This document shows, piece by piece, positions 19,230 through 28,622 of a DNA stretch of 64,000 bases. The notes under the pieces were generated by a model. The model did not search any database. It was given only the letters and a program-made list of their open reading frames with translations, and was not told where the DNA came from. Position 1 is the stretch's first letter; the number at the start of each line of letters is the position of its first letter. The stretch is from Trueperaceae bacterium (lineage in GTDB: Bacteria; Deinococcota; Deinococci; Deinococcales; Trueperaceae): contig OZ243927.1 in assembly GCA_965213925.1 (NCBI GenBank), positions 4,520,498-4,584,497 of the forward strand, written 5' to 3'. The translations under genes were made by a program, and so were the position numbers.

Positions 19230-20731
19230 CACGCGCCAGACCCCGTGCGTTTCAAGTCCCGCCAAACGTCCGCGAAGTGCGCAACTAGGTCCGTTGCGAC
19301 GAGCCCGTCGCCCCACGTCCGCGCGGCGCGTTCGCCCGCCGCGCCGTGCGCGAAGGCGGTGGCGCAGACCCGCTCGAAAAGCTCTTCCGACGTTTCAGCG
19401 CCCGCGCACCACGCGCCTAGAAGCCCCGAGAGCACGTCGCCCGAGCCGCCCGTCGCCATCCCCGGATGACCGTGCGTGGTGACGGCGGCGCGTCCATTTG
19501 GCAAAGCAATAACCGTGGAGGCTCCTTTGAGAAGCGCGACGGCGCTGCTCTTCTCGGCGAGCGTTTTAGCCGCGCCGACAGGGTCATCTAGGATGTCGGA
19601 GGCGGAGAGGTTTAGGAGCCTCGAGGCTTCTCCTACGTGGGGCGTCAAGACGCAGCGTCCCTGCTCCCGCACCGCCTCGAACCAAGCGTCGTCGCCAGTG
19701 AGGGCGCTCGCATCGAGAATCGTGGGCGCGTCGCTCTGCGCGATAAGCTCGGGCAAATAGGGCGCGGCGCGTTCGTCCAACCCCGGACCGATCACGCGCA
19801 CTTGGGCGCGTTTAGGCGAAAAGTCGGCGAGTTGGTTTAAGGGGTCTTCATCCCAGTGAAGGGGCTGAAAGATGATTTCGGGCCAGGTATCCGTGAAGCG
19901 CGCCTCGCCTGCGACCGTCACGAGCCCCGCGCCCGCCCGGAGCGCGGCGCGGCACGCCATCTCCGCCGCGCCCAAATATTGTTCAGAACCCGCGACAACC
20001 AAGACCGTGCCGACCTCATACTTGTGCGTGTCGTGTGGGCGCGTCGGCAGATGCCCGCTCACGTGCTCCGGTATGAGGAGCGTAAGGCTCGAGTGCTCAC
20101 TCAACACCTCTTGAGGAATGCCGATGTCCACGAGTTCAACCTCGCCGAAAGCACTCTTCGCCGGATAGAAGGCGCTCGCGAGCTTCGGTCCGGCGAGTTG
20201 CGCTGTTCTCGTCGCCCGGACGTGCGGTCCGATCAAGCTGACCTCGTCCGCGCTCACGCCGCTCGGCACATCGACGCTGAGGACGGGCGCTGAGCCCCCA
20301 TTCAGCGCCTCCACCATCTGCGCCAGCTCGCCCTCCAAAGGGCGCGACAGACCGCTGCCGAAAAGCGCGTCGATGACGAGCCCTGAAGCGCTCAGGTGCG
20401 CTTTCAAGGTCTCCAAGCTCAGCGCCTGCGCCTCGCCGCCCACCGCGACGAACGCCCCGCGCATCACCTCGGGGTCGCCTTCGAGGTCGGGGGACAGCTC
20501 GAGCACCTTGACCCCACACCCCGCCAAACGCAGATGCCGCGCCACCACGTAACCGTCGCCGCCGTTGTTGCCCTTGCCGCAGAGAACGAGGGCGTCCCTG
20601 CCAGGCCAGTTTTTGAGCGCGACGTCCGCGACCCCGCGCCCGGCAGTTTCCATCAGGATGAGAGAGGGGATGCCCGCGCTTATGGCGCTCTGGTCAACGG
20701 CGCGCATCTCTTCGGAGGTAAAGAGCTTCAT
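19229..20731 (-). CDS. nnr: bifunctional NAD(P)H-hydrate epimerase/dehydratase
   Basis: GKGNNGGDG, DALFGSG, VDVPSG, TPHVGE, MATGGSGDVL. Confidence 0.93.
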   Translation of the reverse strand: MKLFTSEEMRAVDQSAISAGIPSLILMETAGRGVADVALKNWPGRDALVLCGKGNNGGDGYVVARHLRLAGCGVKVLELSPDLEGDPEVMRGAFVAVGGEAQALSLETLKAHLSASGLVIDALFGSGLSRPLEGELAQMVEALNGGSAPVLSVDVPSGVSADEVSLIGPHVRATRTAQLAGPKLASAFYPAKSAFGEVELVDIGIPQEVLSEHSSLTLLIPEHVSGHLPTRPHDTHKYEVGTVLVVAGSEQYLGAAEMACRAALRAGAGLVTVAGEARFTDTWPEIIFQPLHWDEDPLNQLADFSPKRAQVRVIGPGLDERAAPYLPELIAQSDAPTILDASALTGDDAWFEAVREQGRCVLTPHVGEASRLLNLSASDILDDPVGAAKTLAEKSSAVALLKGASTVIALPNGRAAVTTHGHPGMATGGSGDVLSGLLGAWCAGAETSEELFERVCATAFAHGAAGERAARTWGDGLVATDLVAHFADVWRDLKRTGSGA

Positions 20732-20816
20732 GGGGCTAGTTTACGTGATTTATCCGGTTACGTAGGAGGCAAGGTCCGCCAGCGTGACGTGGATAGCTTT
20801 AGCGCTTACGCAAGCC

Positions 20817-21776
20817 CTAACAGGTTTGATCGATCGGCGTAAAGCCTAGAAACCATCCGATGCGTCGCCGATTAGTCTCTGACCAAAAGGTCATTAGGGT
20901 GAGACCATCGAAACAGGGGTAGACGCGCTCTAGGACCTCCGGCTGCGTGTGCTTAGGCGGGCGCTCCGCAAGCATGGCGCTCGCCTCCCTAGAGGCTTTG
21001 AGCACCGCGCCGGGTTGCCCTGCGGCGGCTAGGTGAATCAGCCCTGTAAGGTAGCGTCCGAGGAGCATCTCAGCTTTGCGCCAGCCCCGGTAGTAGCGCC
21101 GGATCGTGACGAGGTCGTTGCGGAGCGGGAGGTAGGCAGCTCGCACCTTGACTTTAGGCCCCCTTGCGTCCCAAAGATGATAGATGGGCGCGTTCTGCAA
21201 GTAGTCCGCCTCCCACCCTTGATTCAGGTATTCGATGACCGTGGGCGGCTCCGTTTCGTACATAAAATAGCCGCGCGGACTTGGCGGCACCTGGAGCGCA
21301 GCCTCGCGGCGAAACGCCACTGCGCCCGCATGAAAGCCACGTGTCGGCGCGTACGTTTCGTCTCGCGAGAGCGTAGGAAAGTAGGGTGTATAGCTGCGCC
21401 GCCCGGACTTAGGCTCTACAAAAGGCAGTGCGACCAGCCCAAGGCTGGGTCCACGCTTGCGGAAGTGTTCCACCACACGCTGAACGGTGTGCTCTGCCGG
21501 GTAAGCGTCGTCGTCGAGCTGAAAGATAAACTCACCTTTCGCTATACGGATCGCGTCAGGCAGAGCGTCGAAACCTTTAGAGACATCGTTACGCAGCACG
21601 CGCACGCTCGGGAACTCGCGCTCGATCATTGCGGTCGTTCCGTCGGTCGAAGCGTCGTCTATAACGATAATCTCATAACTCGAGCTAGGTGAATCTTGCA
21701 GCGAAGAGAGGAGGTCGCGCATCATCTCTTTACGGTTGTGTGTTGGAAAGATAAGGCTAACGGAAACGTCACTCAT
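20817..21776 (-). CDS. glycosyltransferase family 2
   Basis: IFPTHNR, VIDDASTDGT, QLDDDA. Confidence 0.88.
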   Translation of the reverse strand: MSDVSVSLIFPTHNRKEMMRDLLSSLQDSPSSSYEIIVIDDASTDGTTAMIEREFPSVRVLRNDVSKGFDALPDAIRIAKGEFIFQLDDDAYPAEHTVQRVVEHFRKRGPSLGLVALPFVEPKSGRRSYTPYFPTLSRDETYAPTRGFHAGAVAFRREAALQVPPSPRGYFMYETEPPTVIEYLNQGWEADYLQNAPIYHLWDARGPKVKVRAAYLPLRNDLVTIRRYYRGWRKAEMLLGRYLTGLIHLAAAGQPGAVLKASREASAMLAERPPKHTQPEVLERVYPCFDGLTLMTFWSETNRRRIGWFLGFTPIDQTC

Positions 21777-21944
21777 AGCAGCCGACTATATCACCTCCTC
21801 ATTCTCTCCTTGATGTTGAATGGGGATACTCGAGCACGCGCTGCGCTCGGTACGTCAATGACTGTGGGCGAAAACCAACCTTTCAGCAAACACGCCGTAT
21901 GATTCTGTCGTGACTTCTTCTCTCGTCCTCTCTCGGAGACCCCC

Positions 21945-24179
21945 ATGTTCGCCGCCTTAGGCACACTCATCAGCCGCTACCCCCGCTTCGTCCTCGCGGC
22001 GTGGCTCGCCCTTACGCTTCTAGCCCTCCCTTTCGCGGGGCGCGTCGGCGAGGTGCTGAGCGCCCAATCGAGCGTGGTGCCGGGCAGCGCGGCGGCGCAG
22101 GTCGAGAGCCTTTTACAAGATGAGTTCAGCGGTCAGGACCAGCGGCTTCTGGTTTTGGTGACGCGCGCCGAAGACGTGAGGGTCGGTGAGCGCGACTTCG
22201 ACGAACCCTACGCGGCGTTGGCCCAGAACTTACAAGGCGTCGCCGGGGTGAGAAACGTCCAAGATTACCGCAACGCGGCGGGGCTGTCGCTCGTCGCGCC
22301 GGATAACCGTTACGCCATTTCACTCCTCACGCTCGACGGCGCGGCGGACGCCAGGGGCACCCTAGAAGCGGTAGACGAGGTTCTGGCGGGGTCGGAGGCG
22401 TTCACCTTCAACCTCTCAGGTGGCGAAGCGGTGAGGCGCGAGCTGGAGACGATCAGCGTGCGGGACGCGCGGCGCGCGGAGTTGTTCGGTTTGCCGCTCA
22501 GCTTAGTCGTGTTGGTCGTGGCGTTTGGCGCGCTCGGGGCGGCGAGCTTGCCGCTCCTGGTCGCGGCGGTCACGGTCACGCTCTCCTACGCGCTCCTTTT
22601 CGCCATCGGTCAAGCCGTGCCGTTCGCGGTCTTTGCGCAAACGATCGTGACGATGCTCGGTCTAGCGACGGGCATCGACTACGCCCTCCTGATGGTCAAC
22701 CGCTTCCGCGAGGAGTTGGGGCGCACAGCGAACGCAAGGGACGCGGCGGCGGCAACCATTATGACGGCGGGCAGGGCGGTGACGTTCAGCGGCTTTACGG
22801 GCGTGGTTGCGCTCGGGGCGCTGCTCGTGCCGCCCCTGGGCTTCATCCGCTCGATCGGGTTAGGGGCGATGGTCGCGCTTTTCGTGAGCGTGCTCGTCTC
22901 AGTCAGCGCCTTGCCCGCCCTTTTAGCGCTTCTAGGAGAGCGCGTCAATGCGGGCCGGGTGACGCGGCGCACCCCTGGCGAGCGCAGCCGCGCATTCTGG
23001 CGCGAGCGGGCGCGGCAGGTCCAGCGTCACCCGCTGCGCTGGGCGCTAGGCGGGACGATCTTTTTACTTCTACTGAGCGCACCTGCGCTGCGCATCGCTT
23101 TGGCTGACCCCGGCAGCGAAGGGCTGGGCCCCGCCACCGACGCGCGGCAGGTGCAGGGTGCCCTCGAGGAGACCGGCTTAGCCGGCGTACTCGACTCTTT
23201 CGCAGCGATCTTAGACTTCGGCGAGCAGGGGTTTTTCGACCCTGAGAGCGTGCGCGCCACCTCGAAATTCTCGCGGCAAGTGGAAGATATCGCGGGGCTC
23301 GCGCAAGCCTATTCGCCTACCACAGCGGGCGGCTTGCCCCCCTTGCTCATCTTCGGTTACTACGCAAACCGCGACACGGCGGAAGACAGCCCGCTCGCCG
23401 ACCTCGTGAACGCCACCGTGAGCGAGAACGGGCGCTACGCGCTCGTGCGGCTCTTCCCCGAAGGCGACCTGACCCTCTCCGAAGTGCGCCGCACCGAAGG
23501 TGAACTTCGCGCGCTCGCGAACGAACTGGGCGCTCAGATCACCGTCGGCGGCAGCTTAGTGCGTGAACGCGAGTGGACACGCACGCTCTACCGCAACTTC
23601 CCCCTAGCCGCCGCGCTCGTCTACGTCGCAACGCTCATTTTGCTAGGGCTCGCCTTTCGCTCGCTACTCATCCCTATCAAGTCCGTCGTGCTTAACAGCT
23701 TAACGGTGAGCGCGGCGTTCGGCGTGATCACCCTTATCTTTCAGTACGGCGTCGGGATCTCGCTGTTCGGACTGCCCGAGGCGTTGGGCTACGTGGACAG
23801 CAGCACGCCGATTTTCGTCTTCGCCATCGTCTTTGGACTCAGCATGGACTACGAAGTCTTTTTGGTCGCGCGCATTTTCGAGGCGCACGAGCGCGGGCTC
23901 TCGGACCAAGACGCCGTGGTCGAGGCGATGGGCGCGACGGGCGGGGTCATCAGCAGCGCCGGGCTCATCATGATCGTAGTCTTTTCGGTCTTTATCTCGA
24001 GCCAAATAGTCCTCATCAAAACGCTCGCTCTAGGGCTCACCCTCGCTATCTTTTTGGATATCACCTTGGTGCGCTTAGCCCTCGTGCCCGCCGTGATGTC
24101 CTTAGCTGGAGAGTGGAACTGGTGGCTGCCCCGTCCTCTAAAACGTCTGGCGGAGCGGGTGAATCTGCAACATGATTAA
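21945..24179 (+). CDS. MMPL-family (RND superfamily) transporter
   Basis: About 12 TM; GLATGIDYALLMVNRFREE and FGLSMDYEVFLVARI. Confidence 0.92.
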   Translation: MFAALGTLISRYPRFVLAAWLALTLLALPFAGRVGEVLSAQSSVVPGSAAAQVESLLQDEFSGQDQRLLVLVTRAEDVRVGERDFDEPYAALAQNLQGVAGVRNVQDYRNAAGLSLVAPDNRYAISLLTLDGAADARGTLEAVDEVLAGSEAFTFNLSGGEAVRRELETISVRDARRAELFGLPLSLVVLVVAFGALGAASLPLLVAAVTVTLSYALLFAIGQAVPFAVFAQTIVTMLGLATGIDYALLMVNRFREELGRTANARDAAAATIMTAGRAVTFSGFTGVVALGALLVPPLGFIRSIGLGAMVALFVSVLVSVSALPALLALLGERVNAGRVTRRTPGERSRAFWRERARQVQRHPLRWALGGTIFLLLLSAPALRIALADPGSEGLGPATDARQVQGALEETGLAGVLDSFAAILDFGEQGFFDPESVRATSKFSRQVEDIAGLAQAYSPTTAGGLPPLLIFGYYANRDTAEDSPLADLVNATVSENGRYALVRLFPEGDLTLSEVRRTEGELRALANELGAQITVGGSLVREREWTRTLYRNFPLAAALVYVATLILLGLAFRSLLIPIKSVVLNSLTVSAAFGVITLIFQYGVGISLFGLPEALGYVDSSTPIFVFAIVFGLSMDYEVFLVARIFEAHERGLSDQDAVVEAMGATGGVISSAGLIMIVVFSVFISSQIVLIKTLALGLTLAIFLDITLVRLALVPAVMSLAGEWNWWLPRPLKRLAERVNLQHD

Positions 24180-24180
24180 A

Positions 24181-24394
24181 TACTCTGTTAGCTAAAGAAT
24201 GACTGATGTCATTCTGAGCGGAACGCAGTGGAGCGTAAGAATCTCTGACCTTGCTGACTCCTCTCGCTGAGATTGAAGGACGAGACCCTCACGCCATTAT
24301 TGTTCTCACTTCGTTCGGACCCGCCGGACTTCGTCGTACTGCGTGAACAGGGTGACATACTAATAAGTAGCAATACTTGCTTAACGGTGTACTA
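24181..24394. repeat. structured REP/MITE-like element; inverted relative at 53958-54124
   Basis: Blocks TGTCATTCTGAGCG, AAGAATCTCTG, GGGTGACAT and the end TTAACGGTGTACTA are shared in reverse complement with the 54 kb copy. Confidence 0.65.
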
Positions 24395-24398
24395 AAAA

Positions 24399-24450
24399 GC
24401 AATGAGTAGAAATCAGAGCCTTTCTACTCATTGCTCGTTCCTCATTACTC
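24399..24450. terminator. hairpin of short repeats between convergent genes, probably a bidirectional terminator
   Basis: GCAATGAGTAGAAA ... TTTCTACTCATTGC 14-bp stem; related sequence at 47242-47300. Confidence 0.55.
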
Positions 24451-24457
24451 TTCTAAT

Positions 24458-26374
24458 CTAAAAATGCAACGTCTGCGCCGCTTCACCCTGCAAGTACACC
24501 GCCGCGAACTCGCCCGCTGCCAGCGCGCAGAGCAGGGTCCCGCCCGAGATATCGAAAAGGGCGTAGTCGCTGAGCGCGCCGAGCGGCGTGCCCGGCACCA
24601 TCACCACGACGCTTTCGCGCCCCTCCTCCGAAGATTCGCCCAGGCGCTCGGTGTAGCGGCGCACCGAGAGGGGTTGCCCTCCGACGCGCAGGTTGAGGGG
24701 CTCGTCGAGGAGCTGACGGCGCACTCCTTTTAAGGACGCGATGAGGTCGTCCGGCGCGGTGAGCGCGAGGTGGAGGTGCTGTAAAAAGATTTCTTTAGCC
24801 GAGCCTGCGAAGGGGGTGTTGGTCGCTTTGGCGGCGCTCGAGGCGAGCCCCTCTAACGCCTGCCGCTTGTCGGGCGCGCGCGCGACCAAACGCCCTAACC
24901 GCGCCAGGGCGCGTTTCGCCGTCTCCTTGGATTCGCCAGGTGGGGTGCCCACCGCCGTCCGCAGGAGGTCCGTAAAACCTAAACGCAAGATCGTATGCAC
25001 CGCGAGCGCCTCCGCGATAAGCGTGTCTAGCGGGCGCACGTTGTCGCGCACGTCCAAGTAGAGGTAGCCCTCCTCTAAAAAGACGGACACCCGCTTGTCC
25101 ACGACCTCGAGCTGCAGCGTCGCAGCGCTCCCCGCGAGCGCCCGCTCCTCCCCCTCCAGCACGAGCGTCCACGCGCCGGGCGCGCCTATGACTGCCGCGT
25201 CCAAACCCGAGAGCGAAAAGCGCATCGGCCCCTTGAGCCGCAGCGTCAGGGTCGTCGCGCTGCGCGGAATCGCCGTGAGGTTGAGCGACGAGTTCTCGGC
25301 GAACAGCACGCCGCCCGCGAGCCGCGGCTCCGCCATCTCGCCGCCGACGCGCTTGGGGAGGAGTTGCCCGAGTTGCGCGAAGAGCATCTCGGCGGCTCGC
25401 GCGAACGCCTCGGCGTCTCGCTCGAAGAGGGAACGCTGCGCGCGCTCGCGCTCCCACGCGCTCTGCAGACGCGCCTCCAACACGCTGCGCTGCGCGGAAC
25501 GCTCCGCCGCCGAGAGCGGCTCGCGGCTCAGCGCCTGGATCATCTGTCTAAGCCTCTGCGAACTCACGTCTTGGCTGGGCAGCGAGCTTAGCCGCCCCGC
25601 GTAGGGGTCGCGGGCGACCGCCAACATAAAGCGGCGCATATAGATGAGCGTTCCCTCTTCGCTCAGCTCGAGCTTCCGATAAGGGCTTTTCGGTCCCCTA
25701 AAATTCAAGATGCCCTCGACGAGTTCGCGCAGCAGCTCGGTGACGCTCTCCACATCGTTAAACGAGTAGAGCGGGTCGGAGCGCTCCAACACAGCCTCGC
25801 TCACACCGAAATTGACGAGCGTAGCGTCCCCGGCAAAAGTAGGCGTCTGCGCGTAGCGCGCGAGGTTGCGAAGCGTGCCGTAAACAAGCCGCACGGTGTA
25901 GCGCTCGCGCTCGGCGCGGTACGTCGCCGCGAGACGACTCAGCACCCGCTCGACCTCGGCGGAACGGACGCGCTCCGCCAAACGCTTTAAGATGCGCTGC
26001 TCTTCACGCTCGACCGGGCTCAGCAAAATCGTCGCCTCGGTGGTGAGGACCTGCTTGGCGGCCTCCTCTGCGACGGAGGTACCGAGTTCCAACTGGTCGA
26101 AGGTGAGGTCGAAGTCGGGCAGGTCGTCCTGCGCGTCATCCGGCGCACTTGGCGTCAGGTCAAACGCCGCCCCGACGACGCCGAGCCGCTCCAACTCCTG
26201 GCTCGCCGTTCCGAACCGCTCGCGCGCCTCGGCGCTCAGCGCGCTCTGGTGCTGCGCCACGTAGCCGTACAGCGTAGCGACACTCTCGCGCCCGCCCGTC
26301 GGCTCATAGCCAGCGACGAGATCGCCAATTTTGTATTCGAGAAGCTCGAGCGCCACCATCTCGGGTCTAAGCAT
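24458..26374 (-). CDS. hypothetical protein, 638 aa
   Basis: Long ORF with host-like codon usage; leaderless TATACT-N7-ATG; no recognised domain. Confidence 0.8.
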   Translation of the reverse strand: MLRPEMVALELLEYKIGDLVAGYEPTGGRESVATLYGYVAQHQSALSAEARERFGTASQELERLGVVGAAFDLTPSAPDDAQDDLPDFDLTFDQLELGTSVAEEAAKQVLTTEATILLSPVEREEQRILKRLAERVRSAEVERVLSRLAATYRAERERYTVRLVYGTLRNLARYAQTPTFAGDATLVNFGVSEAVLERSDPLYSFNDVESVTELLRELVEGILNFRGPKSPYRKLELSEEGTLIYMRRFMLAVARDPYAGRLSSLPSQDVSSQRLRQMIQALSREPLSAAERSAQRSVLEARLQSAWERERAQRSLFERDAEAFARAAEMLFAQLGQLLPKRVGGEMAEPRLAGGVLFAENSSLNLTAIPRSATTLTLRLKGPMRFSLSGLDAAVIGAPGAWTLVLEGEERALAGSAATLQLEVVDKRVSVFLEEGYLYLDVRDNVRPLDTLIAEALAVHTILRLGFTDLLRTAVGTPPGESKETAKRALARLGRLVARAPDKRQALEGLASSAAKATNTPFAGSAKEIFLQHLHLALTAPDDLIASLKGVRRQLLDEPLNLRVGGQPLSVRRYTERLGESSEEGRESVVVMVPGTPLGALSDYALFDISGGTLLCALAAGEFAAVYLQGEAAQTLHF

Positions 26375-26474
26375 AACGTCGAGTATAGAGACTCCACTCC
26401 TTGTCAGGAGTGACCTCTCTAATACGCCATTGATCTCTTTATGGTGGAGTAAGAAAGCTCACTTAGAGCACGGG

Positions 26475-27530
26475 TCAGACAAGGTGTTCTAACGCGCCTT
26501 TAAGCACCCCGATGGCCCGTTCATATTCCCCCAGCGAAAGGTGCTCATAGGGCGTATGGTCGAGCGCCGAGTCACCTGGACCATACGCTAGCATCGGCAC
26601 GTCCCATCTTGGCGCGACCACGTTCATGTCCGACGTGCCCGTCTTGAGCTTGAGGCGCGGCTTGCCCTCACGAGAGCGTATCGCCGTGCGAAAGGCTCTC
26701 GTGAGCGGCGTGTCTTTAGGGCTGCGGTAGGGAATCTCAGAACCGAGAAAGGTCAGGTCCGCGCGGCTCTCAGCTAAGAGGTGCGCCAACCTCTCCTTAG
26801 CCTCTTGCGGCGGCAACGCTGGCGGCAAGCGCAACCCGACGACCCCTCGGGCTCGCTGCTCGAGCCCATCGCTCTCACTGCTAATACTTTGCAGCGCGAC
26901 TTGCACCTGATCAAAAATCCCCTTGACCTCAGCGTTAAATTCATCCGCCCAAGTCTTAACCTGCTGCCAGCACACGACTAAATCTTCCGCCGCCGTGGTG
27001 CCCTCACCCGCGCTATGAAAGTTCTCTTTTTCCACCTTTATTTTAAGCACCAAACGCCCCTTATACCCGAGCGTCACCGCGTCCCAACCGCTCGGCTCGC
27101 CGATGATGAGGAGGTCGGGTTTGGGGTAGTTTTGCAGGGCAAAACGCGCTCCTTTGCTGGACGCGACCTCTTCTTCCACTGCGCCAATGAGGGTGAGTGT
27201 CAGCTTCTCTAACACCTCTTCACTGAGTAGAGAGGCTGCGGCGACTGCGGTACAAAAGGGTCCTTTCGCGTCCACCGAGCCGCGCCCGTAGAGCTTGCCC
27301 TCTTTCGTTTCAACCGGAATTTCGCCCGGTACGGTGTCGATATGCCCTAAAAAGGTGACGTTGAAAGGTCCGTGTCCGACATGTGCAACGGCGTTGCCTG
27401 CCCCATCTACAAATGCTTCTCTCGCAAAGGAACTCATCTGTGAGACGAGATGCGCGGCGACCTCTTCCTCGGAGCCGGAGACGCTGGGGATGGAGACGGT
27501 TTGCTCGAGGAGTTTAACCGCGTCCAACAC
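26475..27530 (-). CDS. lysK: [LysW]-lysine hydrolase (M20 family)
   Basis: GHIDTVPG, GRGSVDAKG, VEEE, KTGTSDMN, YGPGDSALDHTP; lys cluster context. Confidence 0.92.
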   Translation of the reverse strand: MLDAVKLLEQTVSIPSVSGSEEEVAAHLVSQMSSFAREAFVDGAGNAVAHVGHGPFNVTFLGHIDTVPGEIPVETKEGKLYGRGSVDAKGPFCTAVAAASLLSEEVLEKLTLTLIGAVEEEVASSKGARFALQNYPKPDLLIIGEPSGWDAVTLGYKGRLVLKIKVEKENFHSAGEGTTAAEDLVVCWQQVKTWADEFNAEVKGIFDQVQVALQSISSESDGLEQRARGVVGLRLPPALPPQEAKERLAHLLAESRADLTFLGSEIPYRSPKDTPLTRAFRTAIRSREGKPRLKLKTGTSDMNVVAPRWDVPMLAYGPGDSALDHTPYEHLSLGEYERAIGVLKGALEHLV

Positions 27531-27832
27531 TACGCTGCGTAAGGTTCAATCGTTTGAATAATGCCTTGTTCCGTCTGCTGAACCTTGAACAAATCCCAAC
27601 GGACTTGCAGATTGAGCCGAAATCCAGCCGAGTTGCCAAAGAACTTCGCTAAACGTAGAGCCGTGCTAGGCGTCATTCCTCTACGCCCATTCATAATCTC
27701 GTTGAGCCGCTGATAAGGGACGTGAATCGCTTCCGCAAGCTCGCGCGGCGTGAGCCCTAGAGGAACTAAAAATTCTTCCTGCAATATTTCGCCTGGATGG
27801 GTTGGTTGGCGCTTAGCGGGTATTCTGACCAC
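27530..27832 (-). CDS. higA: HigA-family antitoxin (XRE HTH)
   Basis: PTHPGEILQEEFL, RLNEIMNGRRGMTPSTALRLAKFFG. Confidence 0.9.
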   Translation of the reverse strand: MVRIPAKRQPTHPGEILQEEFLVPLGLTPRELAEAIHVPYQRLNEIMNGRRGMTPSTALRLAKFFGNSAGFRLNLQVRWDLFKVQQTEQGIIQTIEPYAA

Positions 27833-28031
27833 GACTCACTTCTCTCTTTTTGGATACTTCTTGCAAAAAGGCTTCCGCCTGTTTACGCTTAACAGTTGGG
27901 AAACCCTCTAAAAAGCGCTCCAACGTTTCGCCCGCTTTGATGTAGTCGATGAGAATGTCTACGGGAACTCTCGTGCCTGCGAAGACTAAAGCGCCGCTCA
28001 TGATGTTTGGGTCTTGAGATGTGGTTTGCAT
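27813..28031 (-). CDS. DUF433 domain protein (antitoxin-like)
   Basis: DPNIMSGALVFAGTRVPV, GETLERFLEGFPTV; start set at ATG 28031. Confidence 0.85.
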   Translation of the reverse strand: MQTTSQDPNIMSGALVFAGTRVPVDILIDYIKAGETLERFLEGFPTVKRKQAEAFLQEVSKKREVSRGQNTR

Positions 28032-28044
28032 ACGCACTTCTACC

Positions 28045-28578
28045 TTACTTCGAGTTTCTATCAAGATAGGCTTCCCAATCCTCTTTGTTGTATTTGATTG
28101 TAGAGAAACGGTGAGCACGCTCGGGTTCACTCAGGTTTAACGCCCACTGCCAGCAGTTTTTATAGCTCGGCCTCAATCCCGATTCCCATTCAACCGCCCT
28201 CTGCGCCTTATCTTCACCGAAGAGTTCAACAAAGACATCGAAGAGGATAAGGTAAAGCAGCTTATGACCATTGATGTGCCTGTCCTCTGCTCTTTTATAC
28301 CCGAAACCACTACCCGCTAAAATTCTGTGTCCTAGTTCGTGCACGAGCGTTGTCGCTTTAATGTCAATTGGGTAGCTCGCTCGCAATACGGTAGGATGAG
28401 AATAACTGACGCCCTCATAAATGAGCACATTGAGCCGGGATTCGACAAAATCGAGTTCCGTTCTCTTCTCGAGCACGCTGATAAAGTCGTCACCTCGAGC
28501 GCTCCAGATTTCCTCGTACTCGCCAGCCGCCGCGATGAGCTTTGGTTCGTCCCACTCAGGATAAAAGCTAATTTGCAC
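28045..28578 (-). CDS. hypothetical protein with an HExxH zincin-like motif
   Basis: TLVHELGHRIL; RBS GGAG; lower GC than the flanking lys genes. Confidence 0.7.
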   Translation of the reverse strand: MQISFYPEWDEPKLIAAAGEYEEIWSARGDDFISVLEKRTELDFVESRLNVLIYEGVSYSHPTVLRASYPIDIKATTLVHELGHRILAGSGFGYKRAEDRHINGHKLLYLILFDVFVELFGEDKAQRAVEWESGLRPSYKNCWQWALNLSEPERAHRFSTIKYNKEDWEAYLDRNSK

Positions 28579-28622
28579 CGCTTATCTCCAAAATCCGCCT
28601 TGAGAGACCCGTTTTCTCGAGC

